DNA of 64,000 bases from contig CM074514.1 of NCBI GenBank assembly GCA_037379345.1, positions 13,268,001 to 13,332,000 of the forward strand, written 5' to 3'. Numbering within the stretch: position 1 is the stretch's first letter; every line of letters starts with the position of its first letter. Positions 12,301 to 25,449 of this stretch are shown here, piece by piece. The DNA comes from Perna viridis (lineage: Eukaryota). Under the pieces are notes generated by a model. The model worked only from the letters and a program-made list of their open reading frames with translations, had not been told where the DNA came from and did no database searches. The translations under genes and the position numbers were made by a program.

Positions 12301-15300
12301 GTCATCCAAGGGTTATTTTCTTTTTCACTTCTAAATATGAAATTTTAAGGTTTACAAATGTGCATTATATTTGTCTTGATCCATATTTCTTTTCTAGAAG
12401 ACTCTAAACATTTAAAAAGTACATTTCTGCCAGTCAGAAGCTTATAATTAGTGATTCATGCATTTCTTAACCCCAAATATCATGTGGTTGGAAATCTTTT
12501 AATAGGCCTCATAAAAACTGTTTTCAAATGTGGAAGTGCAAATGAAAGTTGCCCACTGGAGATATAAACACTTAAAATTTTGTTACATTCTACAATAGAA
12601 AAGTGTGGGACAATTTCATTGCCAGAAATTTTACACTATAACCAGTCAAAAAATATTCCAAGATATAAAGCAGATTAGAGGAAAGTTGTTTTTAGGACAT
12701 AACCAATGTATTTTAACAGTTTCATTGATTGTTTTGAGATATGATGAATCACCTTCTGCCTAGTTTTTAGATAGAACATACTTAAACAAGTATAAAAAAA
12801 TTAAAGTTTCTTCACAGGCCACAGTCGCATTTCACTAAGCAAACTTATTTCTGATGGAATCTTAGATACATGTATATTTATTTTTAGAATCTAGCCAGAT
12901 ATGCTGAAGAGAATATTGAAGCAACTGATCCACCTTTATTCCTAAGATTTATCAACCTTCTCATCAATGATGCTATCTTTCTTCTGGATGAAGCTTTAGA
13001 TGTAAGTAAAGTGAATCACAAACATTCAGGTTTTTTTTTCCTTCACAGAGGTCAAATTTTATGGAAGATTATCTATTTTACATAAACGACATCTGAAAGA
13101 CAGATATCTTCTTTGTTATCTTAATTTTATGATATGTACATGGAATTTACACATTTGTAAATATCATAATGTACAAAGTAGATATATACTAATTACGTTG
13201 GAATAATTGCATTTTTAAATATTTGTAGGCAAAATTAAATTCAAGAAAAGTTAAGAGGCTTCATGTAGAGTTGACAAATCAATATTGAATGTTTTGAAAC
13301 TTTGCTATGGTTTCTAGCATACAATGTAAGATATCTGAACTGATTCATTAAAATAGATATGGAAAGGACTAAGAAACATGATTGATCTCAGGTGTCTGAT
13401 TATTCGTGTTTAGGTCAGACAGGGTTTTCTGTATGAAGTACTTATTCATTTTTTATAATAGTACATGAGCCAGATCAAGGAAAAAGAGCAAGCAAAAGAA
13501 AGAGGAGAATGGAACAGTATGACACCTGACCAAAGACAGGAAGCTGAGATGGGATTACGTCAGTTAACAATGATTGCTCGATACCATAATGTGATGGGTA
13601 ATCACACTATTCACATGTTAGAACTATTGACCAGAGAAATAAAGACTATATTCTGTCATAATTCTATGGTTGATCGAATCTCTGGAATGTTGAATTACTT
13701 TCTGGTACATTTAGTAAGTAACTTATTGTTTCATTATTAGATATGTTTCTATTCATCAGTTGAAAATTTGAAATGAATTTATATTGTCTCTATGTTAGTA
13801 TTGGTATGATTAAACTTTATTTCTATTGTGAAGGTACTGTAATCCATGTATTGTGAAAATAAGATCATTTTCATTAAGGTTTCAAAATGGTTCTGTGATT
13901 TTACATTGATTAAATTTGATTTTAAAAATGTGATTGTTAGGTTGGACCTAAGCAGAGAAACTTTAAGGTGAAAGACAAGGATGAATACGAGTTTAAACCC
14001 CAACAAACTGTATCAGATATTTCTCAAATCTATCTGAACTTAGAGGAAGATGTACATTTCTGTATTGCTGTTGTAAGTGATGGCCGTTCTTACTCAGATG
14101 ACCTATTCCCTAAAGCCATCAGTGTTCTGAAGAAAATCCGTAAACCTACACAAATGATTGAGAGCATGGAACTGTTACATGAAAAAAACCAGGTAAAATT
14201 ATTGACATACAGTGACATGATGGAAACCATTTAGACAGGTTTCAATAGGTGATTGACATGCTTTTTTTCAAGGCATATAAAACATGTTTAATGAGCAATA
14301 ACTGTTTCAATTTCCTTGTGGTAACAGCATAAACTTCATGAGATAGGGCATCTTATTTCAAATGAATTCATTCATTGTGTTAGAAATGTATTGTAAACAA
14401 ATTAAAAGTACAAGTGTTTTGACATGTTTAACCCTTCAAATTGGAAGGTTTAAACTGATTTTTGGTTTACACGGGTAGACTGGGATTTTTAACGTTTTAA
14501 AAAAATTAAACAATTCTATACTGCAACCATTCTATTTTTTGTTTAAAAACAGTCAAAATGCACGTACCGTATATTAACGAGTAAATTACAATCACTGACT
14601 GAGTGTAGCATTTTGTTGTTACGTCAGAAACATTGAATTGTTTTTGAAGTTGTCAGGATGTCACCTACTTCAAATAAAAACATTATTTTCGGGCTTGCAA
14701 CATTATTTTTCTTTAAATTTTTTTATGCAGTGGAACAGTTAAAGCAGTGCACCAACTTGACAAATCTTGATATTTGAGTTCAGCTTGTACCAATGAAAAT
14801 ACTTGGCACAGCCTTGAAATTTTTTCAGAGTTCTAAGAATCATCCATATATCAGTTTTAGGTCAAGTCATTGCACTGTTCTTGTTCATTAGTTGAGAATT
14901 ACAGTTTATTGTCATAATCTACAAACTTAACAAAAGTTATTTTTGTGGTAAAAGGGAGACAATCTTGGTATATTTCAATGAATAGACACTATATGTTAAT
15001 GTTTATAGTATTAAATACTTCATCAAAGCATGGTTATTCTTTGATAATCCAATGAAGTTTTAACATAAAGTACATGTTTTTATTTGTTACTTGTGGTATT
15101 ATTTATGACCATTTAGATTCTGTGAAAATATTAAAGAAAAAAAATTCTGATTGTAGCTAATAAAAAGTGTAATGGATACAAAGTTAATTTAAAAGTTTTT
15201 TTGATTACAGAAAATAGGATCTCAACAGAAGAAAGATGAAGAGATGTTTGCTGATGCACCAGAGGAGTTCCTGGATGAGATCATGGGTACATTAATGAAA

Positions 15301-16081
15301 GATCCCGTCATTTTACCATCTTCTAGAAATGTTGTTGACCGTGCTACTATAGCAAGGCATTTACTTAGGTATGGCAAAGTTAACATGATCAGAATGACTT
15401 ATGATTTATAAAGTGCTCTTCTTAATATGAATGTGTTTTACATTGATTGTGGTTCTATGGCAGATATTTCAAATAATTCAGGATGAGAACATTTGACTTA
15501 TCATATAGCCTCAGCTTTGTACTAGTCTAACACACTCAGATGGATCTTTACTGTATTAGGTCACAGAAGCAACAATATACTGGTAGGCATGCCACCCTAA
15601 TCCACACATTATTCTCACTGAATGCCAACCAGTTGCACGTCTATCCCCATAATGATGTGTTCTTGGCAGAGATTTAAAGTCTTTGGTGCAGCATGGCTGG
15701 GGATCATACCCACGACCTTGTGCACTCAGGGCGTACATGTTACCTTAAACCAACCAAGCAGTTAAGGATATTTTACAATATCTAGGAAAGATATGTATGT
15801 AATTCTAAGAAATGAAGTCAGTACAAAAGTGACAAAAGTAATAAGTATGAAAAAAACACAGGATTGTAATGCTTAGAAAGCTACTATGATTTTTTGTGAA
15901 ATATTTTTGTACTTAAGATCACTTTAAGGTACAGTTAGGTTGTATTTTATTTTTCAGTGACCAAAATGATCCATTCAACAGAGCTCCTTTAACTCTGAAT
16001 GAAGTTATACCACATACAGAACTAAAAGAAAAAATACTGAAATGGATAGAGGAACAAAGACAAAAAAAATCAATGAACTGA
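289..16081 (+). CDS. UBE4A: Ubiquitin conjugation factor E4 A (Ufd2 core + C-terminal U-box), 5'-partial, 17 exons
   Basis: Exons 289-393, 1996-2099, 3363-3524, 3780-3927, 5111-5322, 6373-6558, 7075-7192, 9056-9271, 9663-9920, 10943-11199, 11433-11590, 11893-12085, 12888-13001, 13462-13713, 13941-14192, 15211-15368, 15958-16081 (TGA). All introns are GT-AG with matching phases, giving about 1004 aa. UBE4A motifs recognised: PARCVYM...[88 protein letters not shown]-box [51 protein letters not shown]. The start codon lies upstream of the window. Confidence 0.96.
780..950. repeat. Degenerate (TTTCG/TTTGA)n low-complexity tract, probably a TE-internal microsatellite
   Basis: Repeated tttcg/ttcgtt/ttgatt units, preceded by twin g(g/t)ccgaaatgtct-like motifs near 661 and 703. 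Confidence 0.45.
4041..4500. mobile_element. PIF/Harbinger-like MITE in UBE4A intron
   Basis: Perfect 18-bp TIRs GGTCTCACTAACCACTTC (4041-4058) / GAAGTGGTTAGTGAGACC (4483-4500), flanked by a TAA target duplication (4038-4040, 4501-4503). No ORF. Confidence 0.8.
5705..6140. mobile_element. Palindromic non-autonomous element (Crypton-like architecture, tentative)
   Basis: About 160-bp imperfect palindrome 5705-5866 centred on aagcgagccttggtgagtt, then inverted repeat TTCTCTATGAT (5869-5879) / ATCATAGAGAA (6130-6140). Confidence 0.5.
7486..8869 (+). mobile_element. Helentron-associated non-autonomous element (HINE/DINE-1-like), diverged, with nested insertion
   Basis: 5' hairpin ggttcacttggc..gcca.ttgagct, repeated internal unit (cttctc..gaaa.tact; catggc..ttactaa..aga.cat..ggtcagacag), 3' subterminal caggtgagc plus short hairpin and TT end. 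Confidence 0.55.
7726..8500 (+). mobile_element. Truncated Tc1/mariner(pogo)-like MITE left end nested in the HINE
   Basis: Starts TA|CAGTCGAAAC with reiterated (ga)taactcgaa subterminal motifs. No matching right TIR found; right boundary approximate. Confidence 0.45.
10422..10517 (-). pseudogene. tRNA-Leu-like sequence (Pol III A/B boxes intact, cloverleaf broken)
   Basis: Minus strand GCCTAGT-TGGTCGAGTGGTCTAGGGCGCTGGACTTAG...GAGTTCGAGTCCCAC resembles the tRNA-Leu(TAG) D-arm and T-loop, but the acceptor and T stems do not pair. Confidence 0.7.
10720..10746. repeat. (TA)n microsatellite
   Basis: About 13 TA units. Confidence 0.95.
15470..15760 (-). mobile_element. Old tRNA-headed SINE remnant (bivalve Meta-core-type, tentative)
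   Basis: Degenerate tRNA head on the minus strand (plus-strand ggggatcatacccacgacct...catgttacc) followed by a core-like stretch (cacattattct...gccaaccagt...taatgatgtgttcttggcagaga). Confidence 0.55.
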
Positions 16082-18360
16082 AATATCATTCAAATAGCAT
16101 AGAGACAAAAAAAACAAGGTTAACCAACACGTAACAGCAACATTAGGTACCTTAGGTTGCTGTATGAGAGAAATTGGAGATGGTATGTTTGTTTACAAAT
16201 TTTCGCTTTCCAGGGAGTTGTTCATGACTGTCATATTGACAGAAACAACAAAACAACAATCAACTTTAAATGTGATATCAATATAGTAATATACCATACC
16301 TATTGTGGATGACAAGGAATGTTTGATATATGAAAACTGTGATAAACTATTGTAAGTAATTACTGTATGCATGTTGATCGTATGTGGTGTGTTTAAGGGT
16401 TAGATGTAATCTATGTGGTATCATGAAACCACTTCAGTCATTTTCTATGATGGTTGAAAGCTGGAACCTGCAGGTGATAACTACTTTATCATCATTGTCA
16501 ATAAATAGAAACCATCGTAATTTTTGATGTTTTTGCACCATTATATACTTATTGAGTGAACTTGGTACATTCTTTTCATTTATCGACATATTGATTGATA
16601 TGATTTATTGATAGTATATCATACCATGCCAACTATATCAAATGTAAGAAAGTTGTGATTATAGAAGATACTGTAATTTTCTGTTTGTAATGAGACCTAA
16701 CATAAATTTTAAATCTCTAGAATTCTGTTTGGTCACGTGACCTAAACAGGACTACTCAGCACACTTCAATCTCAGCATTCCCTAACACTGCTTTTATAAT
16801 GTCTTATCTGCTCTCACTGCCATTTAAGGTAGCACTTCATTAAAATTGTTTGGTTATGTGTTTAAACCCAGGGATAGTTCCAGGTTAGGGTATAATGGGC
16901 TCCCTTCTTTTCAAAGAAAAAACAAAAAAAAACAATCGTAATCAGCTAAATATAGTATTTAATATGGCAATTTATCATATTCTTACATTAAACATGTCAT
17001 AATCTGGTTTACTTTTATACTGATTCTTGAAATTACGTCCCCCTTCATTAAATCCTGTGTCCGTCCCTGAAGCCCTCCTTTTTCTACAAATATTCATATG
17101 GAAATAAAAAAAATAATGTAACAAATAGGTAGTAGTCATTTTTCTGATTTTTGCCACAAAAAAAACAAGATTTTATGTTTTCCTAGTTTTTTATCAATAA
17201 AAAAATGAACAAGACAAAAAATGTATAATGTATAAATAAACATAATGATTTTCACTAGTGAAGAAATATAAAGAAAAAAGGTCAAAGTGCAAGAACATTT
17301 TGGTTTGTTGAAATTCACTACATACAATGTATTTATTCATTTTAACGGAATGTTAGAAAATGTATTTCTATTTTTAGAAGTATTCAGTAATTTGTCCAAA
17401 CGTAGAATGAATGATTGCATTTCTATGCTTTACATTGAATTCATTCTCTTTTGTGGTTTATTTGTGCATTGTATACGTATTTCTGATGATAAGTAGGTCA
17501 TGGAACATGTTTGAAGTGAACTTGGTGATAAAATGTCAGTACATTAAGCAGTACTTATTTATAAAAAACAAATGTTATAAATACTGTTCCATCTCAATTC
17601 ATTGTTAGCATATAAATTTTATAGGAACACTGGAAACCATACTGAACTCAAAATATCAAAGTTATAAATCTGTGAATTTTTTTTGGCTTCATATTGCTTC
17701 TATTTCTATTCATTTTAAAGGCTAAGTTTATAAAAAGTATGGCAATTGATTTGTATTCCAGTTTTATAATCTACATTTTTATATTGGAGTCATATCAATA
17801 AATATAAATTGTAGACATTTGATTATAAGCATATAGCTATATTTCATAGCTTCTTAAACTAATATTAATGGTATGTAATTTATTGTAGATAATGTTAAAA
17901 GTAAAGCTGCTTATCATTATATCTATACATAGAAATACTTTATTGATAAACTTCTGTTGCTCCACATTTCGGCGTTTTAGGTTTGTCTTGTTAATAGTAG
18001 ATTTGTAGGAAAGAAGACATGAGTATTATTGCCCACTTGATTTGGATTCTGGAGGGAAAATTCTTATCATTTGTTTTGTAATATATGTGTGTTGTTATTG
18101 TAATCATGTTATTTATTGAATACAATCTCATGATATATATTTTTTTTCTTATCAGTGAGCAAGCCACTTTGATTTGACTTAATATCAGTTTTTATGTGGA
18201 AAGAGCAAATTTCACAAAAATTTCTGAAGTGTACAATAAGTTGTAAGTAATGATGTCCCTTATAAATAATAACACTGTGATGTCATTTCTTGTGTAGTCA
18301 TTCACTGGTTTTTTTGTTGTTTTTTTTTTTTTTTTTTGTTTTTTTTTTCAGTTTCATGCA

Positions 18361-18559
18361 AGAGTAATCAAGGGAACCAAGGTTATAGCGGTAATCAAAA
18401 GGATGTAATCCAGGGACAAAGACCAGACATGGAAGACAGAAATACACAACAAAGAACATAAAGTAAATAAAATCATACATACAAAGTAACAAAAGTAAAT
18501 GAGCAACTCGGACTCCACTAAAAACTGGGAGCGTGGACCAGGTGCACCGGTACGGTAAC
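18361..18559 (-). mobile_element. Penelope-like retroelement, 3' end fragment
   Basis: Begins with the family terminus AGAGTAATCAAGGG; high identity to copies at 18927, 28287, 33025 and about 61500-61680. Confidence 0.85.
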
Positions 18560-18926
18560 TAATGTGTTTTTCCTATCATTTGATACAATGTTATAACATT
18601 TAATGGACTCTTGTAAGTCTTTGATATACCAGATTATGGATTCTCATCCTTTGTTTTGATATAAAAATATCTTTGATAACATATTCAGATGAAAATGCAG
18701 GAATTTCTGATTAAAATCGTTTGTGAAAAGTTAATGTACTCTATACAATTAGATTCTAGTTGTTAATTTGCAATGAATAAAGTCATTACATCGATATATT
18801 TATGTGAATGTCATTACAGTGAAATATTTATACAGAAGTCATACAGTATTCATAATTTGTACCGAAACGAAGTGCTATTTAACAAAACATTCTTGATAAG
18901 GATAGTTTTGATGTTCTTCTATTGGA

Positions 18927-19128
18927 AGAGTAATCAAGGGAACCAATGTTATAGCGGTAATCAAAAGAATGTAATCCAGGGACAAAGACCAGACATGGAA
19001 AACAGACATTCACAACAAAGAACATATAGTAACTAAAATGATACATACAAAGTAACAAAAGTAAATGAGCAACTCCACTAAAAACTGAGAGCATGGACCA
19101 GGTGCACCGGTAGGGTAAGCGTCCTCTG
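18927..19128 (-). mobile_element. Penelope-like retroelement, 3' end fragment
   Basis: Same terminus and body as the 18361-18559 copy. Confidence 0.85.
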
Positions 19129-22100
19129 TGAAATACTCTCGGTCATTACCTTTATGTTAAAGGTTAAGATGTTTGTTTTCTGGAATGACAAAAACATTTT
19201 CTATTGAACTTTTCTGTTGTTGCAAAGTCTTCTCTTATATTGTCAATCAACTTATTTTTGTGAGCAGTATATTTTGCTAAAATTATTGCAAAAAAGTCCT
19301 ATGATAAAATACATCGCTTGCAAAATTAGATAGCCTTTAATTGGATTGATATCTTACATCTTGAAAATATTTGGTTCACATTGTCTTTGTTGTGGACCCA
19401 AACTACATCTGAAAAGTGAAATCTGATGGAACTATGGTTGGTAGAAGTTAAAAATATTGCAAACTTTCAAGTCTATTGACAAAGACAAAGCAAAAAAAAA
19501 AACAAAGTTCCAATCGACATAAATATGTTTTAATACTAATTTGTAGTAAGTGAAAGGATTGATTCAACAAAGCTTCTTTGACACTGATTGAATTTAAACC
19601 ACATACAGAGATTGAAGACAAATGAGGTGAACTGATACATTATAGCAGTTGTATATTTAGGTCTATCTACAATATAAAAATTCTTTTATGTATTTTTTCA
19701 AGACTGGCGCAGTCCCGGACACTGTTCTTTTATGTATCATTGTTACAAAATTTAAACTACAAGTGACAAAAGGGCTTTAAGAAGTATTATAAATCCAATT
19801 ATTATTGTATGTTTATTGTAATGTACTTTCTTGTGTTCATCTTAAACATTTTCATCTCTGCTTCATAATTTTGAAATATGAAGGACTAAGTTTGTCATCG
19901 ATTTGTTATGATATATTTGTGTTGTTAGATATTTTATCATCTGTTATGTCGTTTATTATAAAAAAAACAACAACGTTACAGATTAAAATTAAACACATCA
20001 GTATTAATGTAAAAAAATACCCTTGTGTCGACCATTGCAGGAAATAATATATTTATCCCTTGTTTTCATACTGAATTGTCCTCCATCTGGAAGATGAATG
20101 ACGACACGATATAAAACTACATTGTGCCTCAAACGTGAAAAAAAAAAAAAGAGATAATTGTATGGTCCTTCGGAGCAAAATTTTAATGTTGACTTGGTGT
20201 ATATACCATAAGTAACCAAAGTAGACAACCTTATCTATGGTTCAAATGGATACACATGACTGCAGACATGATCTCCATTGCAGTCATTCCGTGACTTTAG
20301 TCAGATTTATTGTAAATAGGATACTGGTAAAATAATCATGTCATTGTTGGATCAACCATTATATACAGTATACTTTGAACTTACCCAAAGCTAATTTAAC
20401 TGAAATTGTCATCATGTTCGACTGATGAATTCTTTTTATGTAGTTCATGTCTGGTCTTGCTTCGGATTTTTGTTCAATTTTCACGCATCTATAGTTTATT
20501 ACCCTAGTTTATGATCACATTTTTAAGTATATTTATTTCCTTTGGTATTTTGGACTCCCATTTAACGTGTTCATAACTAATAAAATGAAACGATTTGTTT
20601 TAATACGGATATCTCTTAAATAAATTATATACTATTTTTGAATCTTATTTTATTTCAAAATGTATTTGCAAAAATTGCTAGATTCGACATGACATAATTA
20701 AATATTTATTACTCTTTTAAATGCTTATCCGAATCCAAGAACATTTTTGTTTTGTTGGAGCGACATATACTTTTAATTATATTAGTGTAGTAAAATACCT
20801 AGTAATTGGAAAAAAAGTTACAAAAAATTATTATATTTTGTAAAAGTTGACATTAGCCTTGCAACTATTAGCACAAAGCACAGAGAGATCGGATAATACA
20901 ATTTTACCTCTAAACTAAAGGTTTTCTATTTTGTAAAGGGTATGAAATGTTTGTGTAAAAGCTGAATATTTAGTTCGAGTTTGTAAAGCCTAATCAAAAT
21001 ATATTTATCGTGCCAATGACCGTAGTTCTAGTAATGTGTAAGGATGTCTTTGCATACTTCCCTCTTTCAAGCAAATACTAGAAACAAATGCTATGACTGA
21101 AAATGTAACATAAATGCAAAGCTTAACTGCAGCTTTTGATTGTCGGCCACATGATACCAGAATAAAAAAAAATATTCCACTCAACTGATTGAATCGAAGT
21201 ACGCTTTAGGAATCTAAAAAACGTTTTACTAGTCTTGTCACTGCAACCCTTAACCCTGAACAATTAGATTCTCCCAAGGTAGAATTTAATGACTAATTTT
21301 GACATAAAATTCAAACTGTTCCTGTTAAATCAATGTGCACCAAACCAGAGGCAGTTAACATCTATCGAAATGTATTTATAATTCTTGTAATTGATTCTAA
21401 TTTGGTATAATTTGAATCATTAAAATAGCTACCAAGGATGTTACTTCAGAACAACACTGGAGATCGATTTGAAAATAAGAAGTGCGATGAACGATAACTA
21501 TTTTTTAAGTACAATGTATATGTAAATGTAACTACCTACATTTATCTCAAGTCAAGTGCAACGTCACTAGCGAACAATAAAATTTGAAAAAAAAATCCGT
21601 ACTAATGATAGAAATCTGCTTGTCGTTTTATCATTATTTTTGTTATTACATTATTTTTAATGTCCAATAATTTACAAAGTATGTTTTTATTGAAGAATTT
21701 ATAGTTAATTACATCATGTACACGTAACTCTGAATTGTTGTTTGATCATTAACATACTTGGAATATCATTCAAACAAACTTTCATAATAATTCGATTATG
21801 TTCCTCTTATAAAAAATCATTCAGGAAGCCTAAGGAAGATTGGAAATCACGCAAAGTCGTTATTGGGAAAATAGCGTATGACACATTTCATCAACAATCA
21901 GTAACGGAGTAGATTGACACGTATAATACTCATATGTATTTAACGATTTTAAGTATCTGTCATGGTTTCAATGTACATATCAGTAACAAAAGTGTTATCA
22001 CTTTGGAATAAAACTCAAACAATTGAAAATTAAATTGTACTGAGGAATCTCTCATGTGGAACTATTCCATTCTATTGTTGAAATTGTTATCTAAAAACTT

Positions 22101-23753
22101 ACATGGATCAATATTATGTTGTAGAATACAAACTTTAAAGTTTTATACATAATTGCACAATTTATTTTGCATCAGTTTTTTTTCATACTCGGAACTAATT
22201 TGTCGAGGAAATTATTTAACAATAACCACATAAAGCTCGTCGTGCCTTAAGAATACAAATGGTTCTAAATTGATGAGTAGGAGTGAGGCGTGTACAGGAT
22301 TGTTTGCCATGCTCACGACATTTTAACGTTAAGGGTCTGGTCCATAAATAGAGAAGTTCTAATTTTTGATGATTTGATATTTTTTGGCGTCGCTGTTATT
22401 GCAGCTCTGACAAACAGAAGCCTTTAGAGATCCCCGAGATAGTGATTTTCAGTAAAACCCAAATCAAATTTGTAATTGGTTAACCATTTCCTATAACGCT
22501 AAAAATATTTTTTTAAAAATTTCATAATCACATCTTGTTTTCTATCAGAGCAAAAATTAAGAATATTTCGTGATAAAAATAAGATAAAGTAGCAAAAGAA
22601 AAAAATGTTCAACGTTTTACAGACTAACTAAAACGAAACAAGTAATCATCCAAAAACGTTAAACACTTTTATCCAGTATATACAGTATATAAATGGACAT
22701 CTCTTTAAACTATTTCTATGGTTACTTAATATTTGGAACGAAAGAATAGAGTTTTCTGATAGATATTGTTTAATATCATTCACGGAATGATATGTCTAAG
22801 GTGTTGAAATCTATAATTTGATGAAAATAAACTTGACAGTAAAAGATAAATGATAATTAGAATTTGGATACATTGTTGGCGTAAAATCTTTTGGGGGATA
22901 AGTTTTGGAGTGAATCTTTAAGTGATATTAGAGCGTGAAGTCTCATTTGTTGATATTCATAAAATAAAATATATTTATATAAAAAACATTTATCGCTTTC
23001 AAAATGATATCGATTTTTTTAAAGTAACAGTTTTCTATTTTTAAGTGCTGTTTAAGAATTTTTGTTCTTCGTAGCAATCAACTTACCTAACTATTCCCAA
23101 CAAGGCAGTTTTAATTTTAAGTGTCGGGAAGTAATGTATGTTATGACTGTTTCTTTGAGAATGAGAACATTGAACAAGTAGAAAAAGATATTTATTCTCC
23201 AAACTTTGCTGAAGCACTCTCCTTGTACTCTACAAAACAAAATTACGTTAAAAAGTAATTTTGCCCAAAATGTCATGTGTCAAGAAAAAAAAGATCATTT
23301 GATCAACTATCTTTTTAAAAAACGGGCCTTGCGAAATAAAAGACCGACAAGTTGCGCAGAAGTGTATCGTGATGTTTTCTTCAAATAACTAGCCCACGTT
23401 CTTCTCACCCGGGAAACACATTACCACACTGTCCTGCAATTCCCATGCGCTTAGCACGGAATCATCCTACAATTTTGAAAGTCATCAGTATGACTTGACG
23501 TGCGGCCATCCGCTTTAAATACGAATGGATTCCAGTATAGCTTTGAGTAGGTCCTGGATGGGCGAATACGTATTTTGAAAATACATATAAAGCAGATACG
23601 ACACAAAAGTTTTTGAAACGCCAAATTTATGAAGATACCTTAATTCTGCTGAAATGTCTATTACTATGAGTACAATTCTAAAAAAGATGGCTAGACTGTA
23701 GTCTCAAGAAATGGATATTATATACGCTTTACTGTTTAATCGTATAAATACAT

Positions 23754-25377
23754 TTACAGCGAATTGAAAAGGACCAGTTCCAATTTCAATACAAATCTTG
23801 GTAGGCTACTAAGTAGTTTAAGTAGGTAGAAATCTGCCCTGCATTATACCAATTGTCCTACTTAACTACCACAGAACACCTGTGTGATCTTTTGGACACT
23901 GCCTTTTAAGTTTGAATAGCTCTCAGTTATGATGAGCTTAACCTCTAAATGTCAAATAAATACAACTCACTGAGACCATTTGAATCATTGTTAAAGCTGC
24001 ATTAGCTGTCATTTTCGTAAATTTTCGTTTCTTTTAAATATACCTTAACATTGAATTATTTCTACTAATTTGTACTTTTCTTGTACAATTTCATTTGATA
24101 CTCACAAATAAAATGCATCAAATAAATGAAATAGGTGTCTATATATTTATTGTCTAGCAAGATAAAAAATCGACCTAGATAAGTTCGTATGCATGTGACT
24201 TTTGGTGACCTTAATTCGCGCATGTGCTGTAAGGATCGCTTCTTTGATAACAAATCTTATTGCAAAGTGAAAGTGGTTATTCAACGGCAAGGAATACCGA
24301 CGAACTTCAGCCGTCAAAGAAAAAAGTTCGAATATGACGCAAGGATCCATTTGAAATTTACGTATTGAGATATAATGCGGCTCAAATATGGTCAGTATTT
24401 ATTTGAAAACTAATCAAGAAAAAGATGAAATGAAATGAAACCAAGATATGTGCTTACCTGTGTATCCATTATTGTTATTTTTTTCCCCAAGGTTAAAGTA
24501 TTTTCAACCCTGATGAATGGCCTGTCGGCAATCTTCGGAAGTAATGGCGAAAAATAATTAGATCAGACCTATTGACCTTCTCTGCATAAAAAAACCTTAT
24601 TTTCACAATATTCTGTCGGTATTATCGACATTAATTGCTTCAATTGCATTACTACAAACTTATTTCATTATTTCATTGTATCAGCAAAATTCAGAAGAAT
24701 CAAACCTGAACAAATTTGGCATCTAATGCAGCTTTAAAATTTCTATACTGGTACATTTTCAAGTTTATATTTTAGGGCATCTAACAATGTAAATCAAAAA
24801 AAATAAAAATGATACTAGTATTTACAATCACTTTACAAGAGTTCTTTAAATTTTTTTAATATTAGTAAGGTCCTTAAAAGGACTGGTGCATGCATTTATA
24901 TTGCAAACTGAAAACATGGCCATTTTGCAATGTGATGAATGTTACCATAACTTTAAGCTCTTAAAACTACTTCAGCTAGAAAGAATCTCAGTTAAACAAT
25001 GTATGAGCATCAAATTCTTTTTAAAAGATGTTTCAACATTCAGTTCAACTAACTAATTGAAACTAGAAATAGGCCTGGTCTATAAATATTTAGATAAAAT
25101 GAACAGTGTTATCCAATCAGAAACAAGTAAATCACTTGTACATAGAGTACAAGCTACCCAAAACACAGTGATGGATGGCATGATATAGAGGTTATGGTCA
25201 TCATCATAATTGACAGCTATTCAAACTTAAAAGGTCACACAGGTGTTCTGAAGTAGTTAAGTAGGACACATTGGTATAATGTAGGACAGATTTCTACCTA
25301 GAGAGCTATTTAAACTACTTATTATCCTACCAAGATTTGTATTGAAATTGGAACTGGTTCTTTTCAACTCGCTGTAA
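23754..25377. repeat. Long imperfect inverted repeat (about 190-bp arms 23754-23947 and 25186-25377)
   Basis: e.g. ccagttccaatttcaatacaaatcttggtagg vs cctaccaagatttgtattgaaattggaactgg; ttttaagtttgaatagct vs agctattcaaacttaaaa. Confidence 0.85.
23995..24733. mobile_element. TTAA-specific non-autonomous DNA transposon (Kolobok-like termini)
   Basis: TIR AGCTGCATTAG (23995-24005) / CTAATGCAGCT (24723-24733), TTAA duplicated on both sides (23991-23994, 24734-24737). The 5'-AG...CT-3' ends fit Kolobok better than piggyBac. Confidence 0.7.
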
Positions 25378-25449
25378 TTCCTTGATAAAGTAGAAGACGT
25401 AGTGTGACTAATAAAAAAAAGAACCGATATTATATTTAACGTTCGAGAA

